From contig JANHCV010000004.1 in the NCBI GenBank assembly GCA_025594325.1, forward strand, positions 1-64,000: 64,000 bases of DNA, given 5' to 3'. Under the pieces are notes generated by a model. It made no database searches and had not been told where the DNA came from. It worked only from the letters and a program-made list of their open reading frames with translations. Numbering within the stretch: position 1 is the first letter of the stretch; each line of letters begins with the position of its first letter. Shown here piece by piece: positions 39,308-50,630 of this stretch. The position numbers and the translations under genes were made by a program. Source of the stretch: Blastocladiella emersonii ATCC 22665 (lineage: Eukaryota > Fungi > Blastocladiomycota).

Positions 39308-42300
39308 TCATGGTGCGCATTCCGCCGGGCTGCGGCCGGGTGTTGTTGGCTCGCAGTCAATGTCCGAGTGCTCCACTGCTGCTGGGTCAGAGCGTCGCTT
39401 CTTTTTTGATGTGCCGTTGGGGCTCTTGACGCTTGATTTGCCAAGGCTCGCCAAGCTGTCGCCAGCGCGCGGCGGCCTTCCCGCCGTTTGCAGGACCTCG
39501 AGGGATTGCTGACGCGAGGCCCGACCTCCAATCTTCTCCATGGACTGGTGCCGCGACGAGCGTCCGCCGATCTTCTCCATGGACTGGTGCCTCGAAGACC
39601 GGCCGTCGAAGCCCACAGGCCCGCTCATCGAGCCGCGTGGAGTGTTGCCCGCCGACAGCGACGCGCCCACTTGGGCCACCTTCTCCCCGACGGCTGCCAT
39701 GTTGTTGAGCGACAGGGCGAGGACGCTGTGCTGGGCGATGAAGCGAGACATGACGCGATTGCCGCGTTCAGTCTGCATCAGGATGACGGTCAAGACGACG
39801 ACGACGCCAATGACAATGAAGCCATATGCCGTGGACATGAGGTCGAGCTCGGAGAAGAACTGGAGACACGTTCGAATAGGTCCTTGCGTTAGGCGGTGAT
39901 CATCACGAGAAATGACGAGAGCGTACGTACGTTCGTCCGCATCGAGTCGCCCAAGGATAGGCCCGACAGCATGAGCAGCGTGATGAGCGAAAACTGCTCC
40001 ACGAGATTGCATCCTGGCGAGTAGAAGGGCTGGACCGTGTAGTGGAGCAGGTAAATGGCGTAGAAGTAGACCAAGTACGCGAGCGATCGCTGTGCCCCCA
40101 GCGCTTGCATGCAAACATCGAGCAGGGTCAAGAGAAGCTTGCGCACCAGGAAGACCACCTCGAAGTACCACAGCGGCGACTGGAACGCGACGTAGAGTTC
40201 CCGGGCCAGCGGGAACTTGGGGTTGTCGTGGAGATACCGGCGGCAAAGTAGGACCAGCCGGATGCAGCCGACAGGAAGGCCCACAATGTAGACGACCACG
40301 AGGATCCAGCCAAAGACCTGGTAGGGAATGTGCTCTGGGCTTCCGCACTCGACACTCGGAGCAGCAGCCAGCACTGAGGTGGTCCCGATGTTGGTGCAGC
40401 TACAGGGATGCCGAGAGGTTGCAAAGCCATGGTTAGCGAGAGGGACGTGGTCGGTGGCCAAGCGGGTGAATCACGGATGCGTACTAGAGCAGGTTGAATG
40501 TAGCGCGAGTGATCATGAGGTAGCCCCAGAGAAGCGCCGAAAGGAGTGCTGCAAGTATCCGCCAGCGCCAATGCACGGGCAAGAGAGTTCGCCGAACGAC
40601 CGCGAAGTGAACCTGCATCGCGAGGGCGCAAATGATGATCCCGAGTATCGGAGTCACTGGGCCGTAGTAATCGTAGGCAAGGCGGGGCAACGGCGCAAGA
40701 TTGAGGACGCATGCGCTCGTGCTGACGCCGATTGCGGCGGTCCATCCAAGCCCAACGTTGAGGAGCTGTAAGAACGCCTTGGTCGCCACTCGAGGGTCGC
40801 TCTGGACCAACACAAGCGCTGCCTGGATGAAGAAGCTGAGGGACTTGGGGATGGCATTTTCAGTCAGCCATGGCAGCCGGATCACTATAGTGATGAGCGA
40901 CGTTAGCTATCTCGTGTGACACGCCCTCGCTGAACGTAACGTACTGAGAGCCGCGTACACGACGCCGGCGGCGAGTGGGACCAACATCCAGGACGGATTC
41001 TCTTTGGTGCAGGCCTGACAGGTACCGTTCCATTCACTGGACGAGGAGGCGTTGACTTGGTTAGTTCAGTCCCATAATGTCCGCCCACCTTGATTTGAAA
41101 GTAAACGATGGTTCGCACCTGTGACCTGGGCGACACGCAGCGCACAGTCGGCCCGCGCGATTGTCGGCGCAAGTCGACTTGTTGAGGCAGTTTCCAGCCT
41201 TGCACCGGTAAAGCGTGGGAAGATTCGAGGCAAGAGACCGAGGATCCATCCAGTATCCCTCGAGTGCCGCTACCGATGCACCGCCCGCAGTGCAGTCGCC
41301 GCCGATGGGACACGGCTGGCACGGCGAGTCCGGAATGAGCGAGTAAGTCCCGGGCTGGCACTGAGAGCAACGGTACACCGAGTCGCTGCTCAGCGAGGTC
41401 CGCTGGTACCCTGGGCCGCACGAAATGACCTGGACCGGGAACTTGAGCGTCGGCAGGTCGGTGCCCGTGACAGCGAGCGTGTAGTTTTGATTCAGGGTGC
41501 CCGTCACAATGACGCTGTCGAACACGGCGACACCAGACTCAAAGTTCTGGCGTGGGATCGAGGACGCAACGAGAAGCCCTCCAATGCCCTCGAGCGTCGC
41601 CACCACGGGGGACGCCGTCGCGACCGCTGTGTTGTTGAAGAAGTCGATGAGCCGGATGGATAGCGCAAAGCGGTCCTTGGGTGAGTAGCCTGAGCGCATA
41701 TCGGACGTGAGCGCCATCTTTCAGGGGTTGGTCGCCTCGATGGGTCCGTAGAGGGCCGCGTTGTTGGAGAAGGTGGTCCCGGTGAAGTTGAGCAGGCGCC
41801 CGTGCAGGTTGTAGAAGAAAGAGGCTCCCGCGGAAGCTTGGTTGCCCGAGACGATCCCGCCCTGCATCTGGTTGTTGCTCGAGGACATGTCAAAGTACAT
41901 GGCACCGCCAAACTTGGCCGTGTTGCCGATGAATCTTGTTCCTTGGTACGCGAGAAAACCGCCGTTGCTGCCGGTGAAGATCCCGCCGCCCGAGTCGCCG
42001 ACATTGTCGCGGACAATGACATTGGCCAGGGTCAGCTGGGCGTGGGACGAGAGGCCGATGCCCCCGCCCTTGGGCGCCTTATTGGAGCTGATGGTGCTGT
42101 TGACGACGAGGGAGGTGACACTACTTTGGAGATACATGCCACCACCGGTTCCAGCCGAGTTGCCAGTTATGGTGGTGTTGATGGCCGTGAAGTCGGCCAT
42201 CTGCCCGCCTTGGACGCCCCCGCCCTCGGTTTGCGCGACGTTGCCGGTGATGAGAGAGTTGATTGTCTTGATCACAGCAGTGTTCTGGAACTTGAGGCAC

Positions 42301-43956
42301 CCGCCCTCAAGCGTGGAGCGGTTGTCGTCGCACACAATCGAGTCGAGTACCGCTACGGCCTGGTCTTCGAAAAGGAGAGCACCGCCGTACAGTCCCGAGT
42401 TCGAGGTAAAGCGCGTCGCATTGATGGTAATCTTGGTGTCGCCGTGAGCGTAGACGCCGCCCCCGCCAGCGGGGCCGAGGTTGCCGACAAACAGCGAGTC
42501 CTTGATGACCAGCGAGCCGGAAGCCTCCACGTACACGGCGCCCGCTGTGCCCCGCGACGTGTTGTTCCGAAACGCGCACCTGCTGTACGAAGGTGAAGCC
42601 GAGAGCGAGATGACCGAGACGCCGCCGTTACCCTCGACCTGCGAGTCTGTGAACGTGCAATCGACAAACTTGCTGGTGTCCGAGTCCCAGTGGTAGACGG
42701 ACCCGCCAAACTGGGCCGAATTGGACGTGAACGTGGACCGGTAAAACTCGAGCAAGGAGGTTCCACCCGTGTGCAGCACGCCGCCGAATCGGGCGTAGCA
42801 ACTGCTCCACGCCGAGTCGTAGAATTTGGCCGTTGAGGTCCCTCGAGCCGAGACAGACCCGCCAAACGACTCGGCGCGGCTCTTGGTGAACTTGCAGCTC
42901 TGGAAGTCTACACTCGCGGTCGCGCGGTTAGAACTCGAGCGACTGGTGATGCCGGGCGGAGCGAGGCAGACGCGTACTTGCGCCGGTCGAGCCATCCAGG
43001 AAGATGGAGCCGCCGAGGGCGTTTGACCAGTTGTCGATGAAGGTCACGTTCTCGAATCTTGGAGATGAGCCCTGGATGTAGACGGCTCCTCCGGCCTGAA
43101 GGGTGATTCCCGATGCTACATGCTGGCTTGTTAGCAGGTGGCCGTGACATCCGTAATTACTTAATCGCACCAGTGAGCTGGTTCGGGTTGTTGGCCTTGC
43201 ACTCTTGGAAGACGGCGTTGAGGAAGTTCTGCGTTCAACCGGGCGTTTGTGAGCGCGCATGAAGCTTGAGCAGCGGAGTGAAGGTGCAACGTACCAGACT
43301 GGTTCCCCGTTGCATGACGCAACCCCCACTGACTGCGGTACCACTACACATCGCAGCGTAGTGTCAGAACAAGGCGAGGGCGTAGTGTACACGAGCGTTC
43401 AAGTCGACGACGTACCGGATCAGCGTGATGTCGCTGAGCCACCCGTCCTCGCCACCCGACAGGTCGAAGATGCGACTTGCGCCAGCTCCGTCAATGAAGG
43501 TGGAGCCGGCCTTACCGGTCGAGGTGATGCTAGACAGGGTGGAAAAGGTAGATGACGGTCAGCGGGGCTCCCGTGAGGCAGATCGTGTGGGAGAGCAACG
43601 TACTTGACCGACTTGCCGGGAAACGACAGGCCCACGTTTCCCGCGCCAGCGTAGGTGCCCGGGAGAAGCGTGACCGCAGCCCCCGATGCCGGTGCGAGGT
43701 CAAGGGCGCGCTGGATCGTGGCGCATGGCGCGAGGATGGTCCCGCACCCGGCGATGTTGGTCCCGAGCGTCGGGGAGACATAAATGGGTATTGCGGTGGC
43801 CTGCATCGACGAGGAAAGTGCGAGGGCCAGGACGAGGGCCAGGACGAGCCGCCAGGACCCAGCCCTGCTGCGGCCGCCCCACGGGGCCGCGGACGAGCAG
43901 GGCACGGCCGCGACGGACCGCGGCGGCAAGCCCTGCATGACGAGCCGCTCGGCCAT
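39308..43956 (-). CDS. Receptor-like protein: signal peptide, pectin-lyase-like beta-helix (GG[AG]x / FxxN repeats), Cys-rich repeats, multi-TM region and cytoplasmic tail; multi-exon
   Basis: IYVSPTLG..CG...PCATIQRAL, repeated FTSNSAQFGG / GNTAKFGGAM, CQPGTYS..CQPCPIGGDC..GYW, C...RAGRLCAAC and WYFEVVFLVRKLLL. Confidence 0.85.
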
Positions 43957-44457
43957 GAAATGTTCCGGGTGCGTGACAGCTCCCAGCTGTGGGCAGCGTC
44001 GGCGATGACTCGGTTGGCGATCGGCGCCGAGTTGAGGTGGCGCGGCCGGAAGCGGCGCTCAGGGAGGCGGCTGCAGGTGGCCGTGGCTTCCGAGTAAGAT
44101 CGGCGACGCGGCAGGATCGCGCGTGTCGCTGCAGAGCGCGGGGAGTGTTGCGGCAGGAGGCGAAGGACGCAGATGGAGGCAATAACCACGGCGATCACAG
44201 GAATGCATGTAGTAAATCCGTCGCTGCGGGCGGGCGGAGCGCGGCGCGCCGCGGGCACCGCGCGCGTGATAGCGCGGCCGACGCGCCGGGAGACGCATCG
44301 CGGGAGACGCCCACGTGATGTCGCGACGCGTCCATCGCCCCGCCCGACGGCGCGCTCGCCCGCTGCCCAGCCCGCTGCCCCCTCCTCGAGCTCGATGGCC
44401 TCGCGCCGCCGGTGCAATGCCCCCACTTCGCTCTTGGTCCCATGAATCACGGCGCAA

Positions 44458-47400
44458 ATGAGCCCGCAACACAACTGCGACGACTTCCTTGAGCGCGCGC
44501 TCAAGCTGCCCGCTGGGAAGGGTCTACCGCAATCCGAGACGGTCGAAGATTGTATTGCCCACTTGCAGCCCCGCGCCGAGCCGTCGCCACATAGCGTGCT
44601 TGGACTTCCTGACCGCGGTCGGCCCCTGTTCAGAACTCGGTCGCAACCACGCGCTTCCTCCCCGCCAAACCGTGCACCCACCATCTCGCTCGAAAGTGAT
44701 GTCGCCCTGTACCCCGCCACAGTGGAGCAGCTCACCGAGGAGCTGGGCCCTCGGAGCCGTTGGACCATGGCGTCGCCTCGGCAGAGACCATCATCCGCTC
44801 CGCCAGGCACGAGCGGACGGAACCGCTTGTCAAACACCAGCCGCAGCCGAAGCGCGGCACAGCGGAGCCGTCCTTCAACGTCGCATCGCCGCCGCTCCCG
44901 CTCGCCATCCATTCCGGTGCGAGGGCTCAAGGCGGAGGAGCAGGCGAGTCCGCTTATCTCGGCGCCGATCCGGATCCCGCTCGAGATGCGCGCTTCGGTT
45001 GCCGCGTGGAACGCGCGGAATGCGCGGCAGACCGTGAAACCGGAGAAGCCCAACCTTGACTTGAACGTCGACAAGCTTAGTGACGTTGTCCGTATCACGT
45101 TCAAGGCACAACCCCTCGATCCTGTGTTCCCCGTAAAGTGTACGATGAGCGCGCAGCAGGCTAACCTTGCCCTTCCGCCTCGACCGCCGACCGCAGCTGG
45201 CCGTCACGACATGTTCAAATCGGTCCGCATCGCTGAGCAGCAACAGTCGAGCGCCCAATCCGCCGAGGCCGGCGAGGATTTTGAAGACGACGAAGACACT
45301 GTCCGCACCAAAACCCACGCCCAGTTCCTCAAGGCTTTGCCCAGCTGTCTTGCAACGCCGCTATCGCCGCGTCCCATTGAACGTGCGCTTACTGGGATAC
45401 CAAAACTCGCTTCCACAGCACGCGCCGCGGGCCTCCTGTTGGAAACGGACGGCGCCCATGGACGCAGTCGCCCTTCGTCCTCGTCTACGTCGGTCACGGT
45501 CACTGCGCTGCGCTCGCGGGCGCGCCGAGTCTTGAGCGCAGGCCCGTCGCTTCCGCCCGTCTTCATCACGACAACCACTGCCGACTCTTGGAAACCGCCT
45601 TGGGAGGACGAGGACGATAGCGACGAAGAGGAGCGTGCCGAAGCAGCGCGGCGGGCTGCCGAGCTTGCCGAGCGACACATGGACGAGGTTGTCCTCACAA
45701 TTCCAACAGCAACCGGAACCGGGGCAAGCGTCGGACCGCTCGCGCCAACGCTTGCATCACTTCGCCGGCGGGCAAGGCTGCTTCCCGGGAGCGACGCGAC
45801 CAAGCTTGGCGCGCAAACGACAGCTTCTGCGACTTTTTCGATGCCTGCTGCGGGTAAAGCAGCTACGGGTGGTAGCGCTGCCAGCAGCACTGTGCGGAGC
45901 CCCGATGCCGGTCCTGGCAAGACGCCTGGCAGCACGAAGGAAAGTTCGAAGGGCAAGTCGTTTGCGTCGCTCCAAAAGGCCAAGTTTCTGAAGAAGCAGC
46001 TCGGCAAGATCAACGCGATGCCACAGCAGGCTACCAATGCAGCTGGTGGAGCCGCCGGGTCCGGCGGCGGGGGCAAGCTGATGAATCGGCGCGCGAGTCT
46101 CGGCGGTGGCCGCGCCATGTCCATGGACTCTCGATCCGAACTTTTGACGCCGGCCGAGCGGGAGCAGCTCAAGCTTATCCAGCTGTACCAGCGGTGCCGT
46201 CCGGAGATCACAAACCTCCTGCTCTACGACTACAAGAAGGTCGTGCGCGTGCTTCGCAAGCGCCCGCACATGCGCAACGAGCGCGATGTCAGGACGGCCT
46301 ACAGTCAGCTCCGGCAGCTCCGCGCCTTCGAAAAGGTCAGTGAGTATGTGCTCGGAGAACTCATCGCGAACATGGCCATTGACGAGTTCGAGGCACGTGC
46401 GGCTGTGCTTGGTGTGATACGCGACGGAACCGCTCACGGCGGCCGTGTCCGTTCGCTGTTTAGGAGAATACCTGGGTCTTTCGACAGGGCGACGTCGGCC
46501 AGGCCTGGTACGTGATCCTGTCCGGTGGTGTCGAGATTTTTATCTCCTCGACCGGCAAGATGGCGGACAACGTACGATGCACCGCTCAGTGATGGACGGC
46601 TTGATTGTTGACGTGATGCCCATGCAGAAATCGATTCGGGTTCTTACCGCAGGATCGGGGTTTGGCGAGCTCGCTCTCATCTCGGACAAGCCGCGTAGTG
46701 CAACCGTCGTCACCATTGCCAAGACGGTGCGAGTCGAGAGCGACACGGTGCCCGCTGACGTTCCTGGCTAACCACCGCGCCGGTCCGATCGCCCACATAC
46801 CGTAGTTCCTCGCCCACATCGAAAAGGACGTGTACACGCGCATCATGAAGCTGCAATACTCGCAAGAGCTGCAGGAAAAGGCCAAGTTCTTGCACGGTGT
46901 CGCTCCCTTCGACTCCTGGAGTGAGAACGCGGTTCGCGCTGTCAGCGAGACGATTACCTGGAAGAGTTACCAGGAGGGTGACCTGATCATCAGCGAGGGC
47001 AGCCCCACGACTTTCACGTACCTCGTCAAGGAGGGGATCGTCGACCTGTACCGCCGTTTCGACTTCGCGAACGGCACAAGCGCGCAGGTCAAGGTCGGCG
47101 AGGCGCACCAGTTCGACTACTTTGGGGAAGACCTGGTCCTGCTCGACCAGCGCTCGCGGCAGCTACGCGAAGCCGGTGCCTCGTCAGCTGGCAGCTCCCG
47201 GCCGGGGAGCGCGATGTTGTCGTCGGGTGGAGCGGGCACGGGCGCTGCTGCAGGGGCCACTAGTAGTGGCGGCGGTGGCGGCGGGTTGCTCGTCCCGCCA
47301 AGCGCGGCGGGTGCAAAGCGGCCGTCCACAACCTCGCCATCGCCCAAACCAACGCGGCGGCCGCGGTCCAAGCCCGGCCGTGGCGGTCGCAGCCCATCCA

Positions 47401-48014
47401 ACGCAGCGACCACTCCAACCCCGGCAAGCGCGGACGCGAGCGGCGGGATCGAGTACCGGAGCACGCTGACGGCCAAGGCGCGAGTAGGCAGCCGACCCGG
47501 CGGGCCTATCATCCTGGGCAACGTGAAGCTCGAGGACGCGCGTGCGCAGCTCGCGACGGGCCTGCAGCTCCGCACGGACATCTACAGCCACACGATGGAC
47601 GAGCTCGAGGCGCTCGCCGAGCAGCAGCGCGAGCAGAAGCAGTGGGAGCGCAAGCGGATCCAGATCCTCGACTCGATTGCGCGCACCAAGACGGACAACC
47701 CGCGCGCGTCGTGGGTCGACTACCTCGTCGACCGACGCCAGCGGCTGTTCTCGAACGCGAGTGCGACGGCGAGCACGCCCTCGGGATCCAAGTCCAGCAA
47801 AGGTGCCGGCAGCAAGGGCACGGTCACGGCCACAGCAAGCGCGCACAAGGTGTTGTTCAGCGACCCGTTCACGGAAGCAGCCATCGCCATGGCCAAGTCC
47901 AACCCGACGGCCGAGGCGCGCGCGCTCCTTGACAACCGGCCACGGTGGAGCGCTGGCGGCCGAGTACGGCCAGCATCGGCTGTCTCTGCCGCGCCAGGCC
48001 GCGGAGGTTCGTGA
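44458..48014 (+). CDS. Tandem cyclic-nucleotide-binding domain protein (CNBD-like) with a long disordered N-terminus
   Basis: Spliced CNB-A: DEFE|ENTWVFRQGDVGQAWYVILSG...GFGELALISDKPRSATV. CNB-B: YQEGDLIISEG...YLVKEG...FGED. Confidence 0.88.
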
Positions 48015-48201
48015 GAAGTGGAAAGCTGTGAGACGGCGGCGACGCGAGTGGAATGGTCAACCAGTGTATTAACCGTGGTTGCCGGAGGGGCTTGGAATGA
48101 CGGAAGGTGTGGTAGGAATGTCGGCAACGGTACAGCAAATGAGGGCAGAATCCAGAAGCGAGGTGTGCTCGGAAATGCCGACGTTACAAGGGCGAGCGGG
48201 C

Positions 48202-48895
48202 TCACGCATCGTCCTGCTCGCGGCGCTTGAGCTCGGCAATCTTCATACGGCGCACGTACCTGAGCGGGGGCGAGCGGGTGGGGTAGAATGTGAGTGGAGC
48301 TCGGCCGAAGGTGGCGGTGATCGTGCGAGCGGAGAGGATACGCACTCGCGGTACTGGCACTCCTCGTAGCCGTGGCGCTCGTCTCCGCACTTCCATGGGG
48401 CGAAGAGGTTCTCGCGGCGGCACTTCTCGAGTGGGATCCACAGGTGGGCGCAGTAGTCGCGGTAGATGCGCGGGACGCGAGCGTCGGCCATCTCCTTTTG
48501 CGTCACCTTCATGGCTACACAAAGCGGGGCACGGGAGCCGAGGTCAGGACCGCAGTAGGACAACGGGTTGAGGCGTGCGAGCTCCCTGGCTAACCCGCCC
48601 CACGGGCCGTCCACACCCAAACTACCCGCGTATAGAACGGCCAGGATCACGTCTGGTGATGGCATGGCCAGCGGGAGGGCGGAGAGAGTCCAGCCTTCCA
48701 GCCCAAGGTGCCCGCCGGGCACTTGCGGCGATTCGCCTCAGGCTGACGGGTACTTGGGCCGGAGCAGAGACGGTCGGGGTGGGCCGTGGCAGGCATGCCG
48801 TGGAGGCGGGACCAGGGCGCATGGCACACGGGCGGGGGCACGAGCTGGGCCGCACCAGGCGGGGCCACGGTCACGTCGCTCACGTCGAGGGTCAT
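48202..48895 (-). CDS. NDUFB7: NADH:ubiquinone oxidoreductase subunit B18 (3 exons)
   Basis: MKVTQKEMADARVPRIYRDYCAHLWIPLEKCR...WKCGDERHGYEECQYRE|YVRRM shows the twin CX9C pattern. Confidence 0.95.
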
Positions 48896-49602
48896 GGTGG
48901 CGAGGGCGGCTGGATCCGTTGCGGCAAGTTTCGTTGCGTGGAGCTGCGTCGCAGTCGGCGAGGAGTGCGTCCGAGAGCGCTGGCGCCGCGCGGATCGGAA
49001 GAGCAGCTCTCCACAACGAGCGGCGGCGTCGGTGGACATCATGTGAGCGGGCCGCTCGCCGCGTCGGCCGCCGCGTCGGCTGCTGGTCGGCGGGTCGGCT
49101 CTCCCGCTCTCCCTCAACCGGGCGCACGTATCGTGCTATCGATCATCATGTGAGACACATGTATCTCCGGCGAACCACACCGATGGGCGCTCACTGCTTC
49201 GCCTGCGCGGCCGCCTCCGCGACCACCACCGCGCCCTGCTCGCAGCGCTGCTCGCAGCGGCTCGAGACGCGGGCTTCGTCGAGCCCCGCTTCCACCAGCT
49301 CTTGCTCGCTGAATCGCTCCCGCTGCTGCTCGCCTTCCTCGTCGCCCTCGTCGTCGCCACCGTGGTCCGCTCGCTGCGTCGCGATTTCGCCCGCTATGAC
49401 GTCGGCGTGTTTGCCATGAACCGCGACCTGCTCGACAGCTACGACGCCGGGTGGCGCCAGGTCCACGCTGACGTGTTCCGCGCCCCACCGGTCGGCCGCG
49501 GCGCGGGGCGGCCGGGCCGACACGTTGCGGCGCTGATCATGCAGGCAAGCGACCCGGCAAGTGGCGAGCCGTGACCGGGCGTGCGGCCCGTGTGCCGCGG
49601 CG

Positions 49603-49708
49603 ACCGGGGCGGCGACCGGGGCGGCGGCGGGCGCGGCGGCGGGCGCGGCGGCGGGCGCGGCGGCGGGCGCGGCGGCGGGCGCGGCGGCGGGCGCGGCGGC
49701 GGGCGCGG
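49603..49708. repeat. 12-bp GC minisatellite (2x ACCGGGGCGGCG + 7x GCGGGCGCGGCG); 3 units in the donor (60507-60540)
   Basis: Units counted directly from the sequence. Confidence 0.95.
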
Positions 49709-50226
49709 TGTCTGGAGCCAAGCGGGCGGCCCTCGCGCGCGAGGCACCGCGGGCGAGAGAACAAGGCCCCGTCGTCGCGCGTCGGCGTGTTCGCGCGGCA
49801 GGACACGGCCGTTTCAGCAGGCGGCCGACAAAGGGCGAGCGCGAGCGCGACCGCGGGCGCGGCGCGGCGGACCGGGATCGACGGGCAAGGCGGGGCGGGG
49901 CGCGGTGCGCTCCATGAGGTGAGGGGGATGTGCGCGGGGCCGATGCGCTGCGTGGCGCGTCGGGCAGAGACGGACGAAGGCGACGGCGAAGCGCGGACGA
50001 AGCGGCCGCCACACGACGGCGCGCGGACGCGCAGACGCGCGCACGGCGCCACTCTGCGCGCGCCAGGCACCCCCGCCAATATGGGGCGCGCTCTGACACG
50101 CTTCCCTCCCTCCACGGGCAGCACCGCGCACCCGCGCGACGCGCGCCCCGGACCCGCACGCACACGCGCACCCGCACCCGCACCCGCCCTCACGCTCGCC
50201 CGCCGCCCTCGCGGCCCGCCCCTCCC

Positions 50227-50234
50227 TATATATA
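50227..50234 (+). promoter_or_regulatory. TATA-box candidate of the duplicated promoter
   Basis: An isolated TATATATA in very GC-rich DNA ~130 bp upstream of ATG 50358. Confidence 0.6.
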
Positions 50235-50357
50235 CTCGCCCGCCGCGCCCGCTCTCTCTCCGATTCGCCACCACCCGCACCACCGCTCCACCACCTCCGT
50301 CCGATCGCGTCCACCATCATCACCCGCTCCATCATCCACCAGCGACTCCCGTAAACC

Positions 50358-50589
50358 ATGGCCATGCCCTCGACCACCGCCGCGACGCTCGCCGCCAGCG
50401 AGGCCGCCATCGACCGGTTCCTGGCCATCACCCAGCAGGGCCGCTCGGTCCCGCCCGCCATCCCGCGCCGCCCCGCCCCGTGCCTGGTGTGCGACGCGTC
50501 CGCGTCCGCATCCGCATCGGCGTCGTCTGGGCTCGACCGCTCCGAGGGCGCCGCGCCCGCGCCCGGGCCCGACCACTCGCACGACGACC

Positions 50590-50630
<41 letters not shown>

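Noticed and set aside
48516-48855. Hidden snoRNA or telomerase-like RNA in the long NDUFB7 intron (CTAACCC, short stems)
   Set aside because: No canonical C/D or H/ACA boxes, and a 7-nt telomere-like match is expected by chance.
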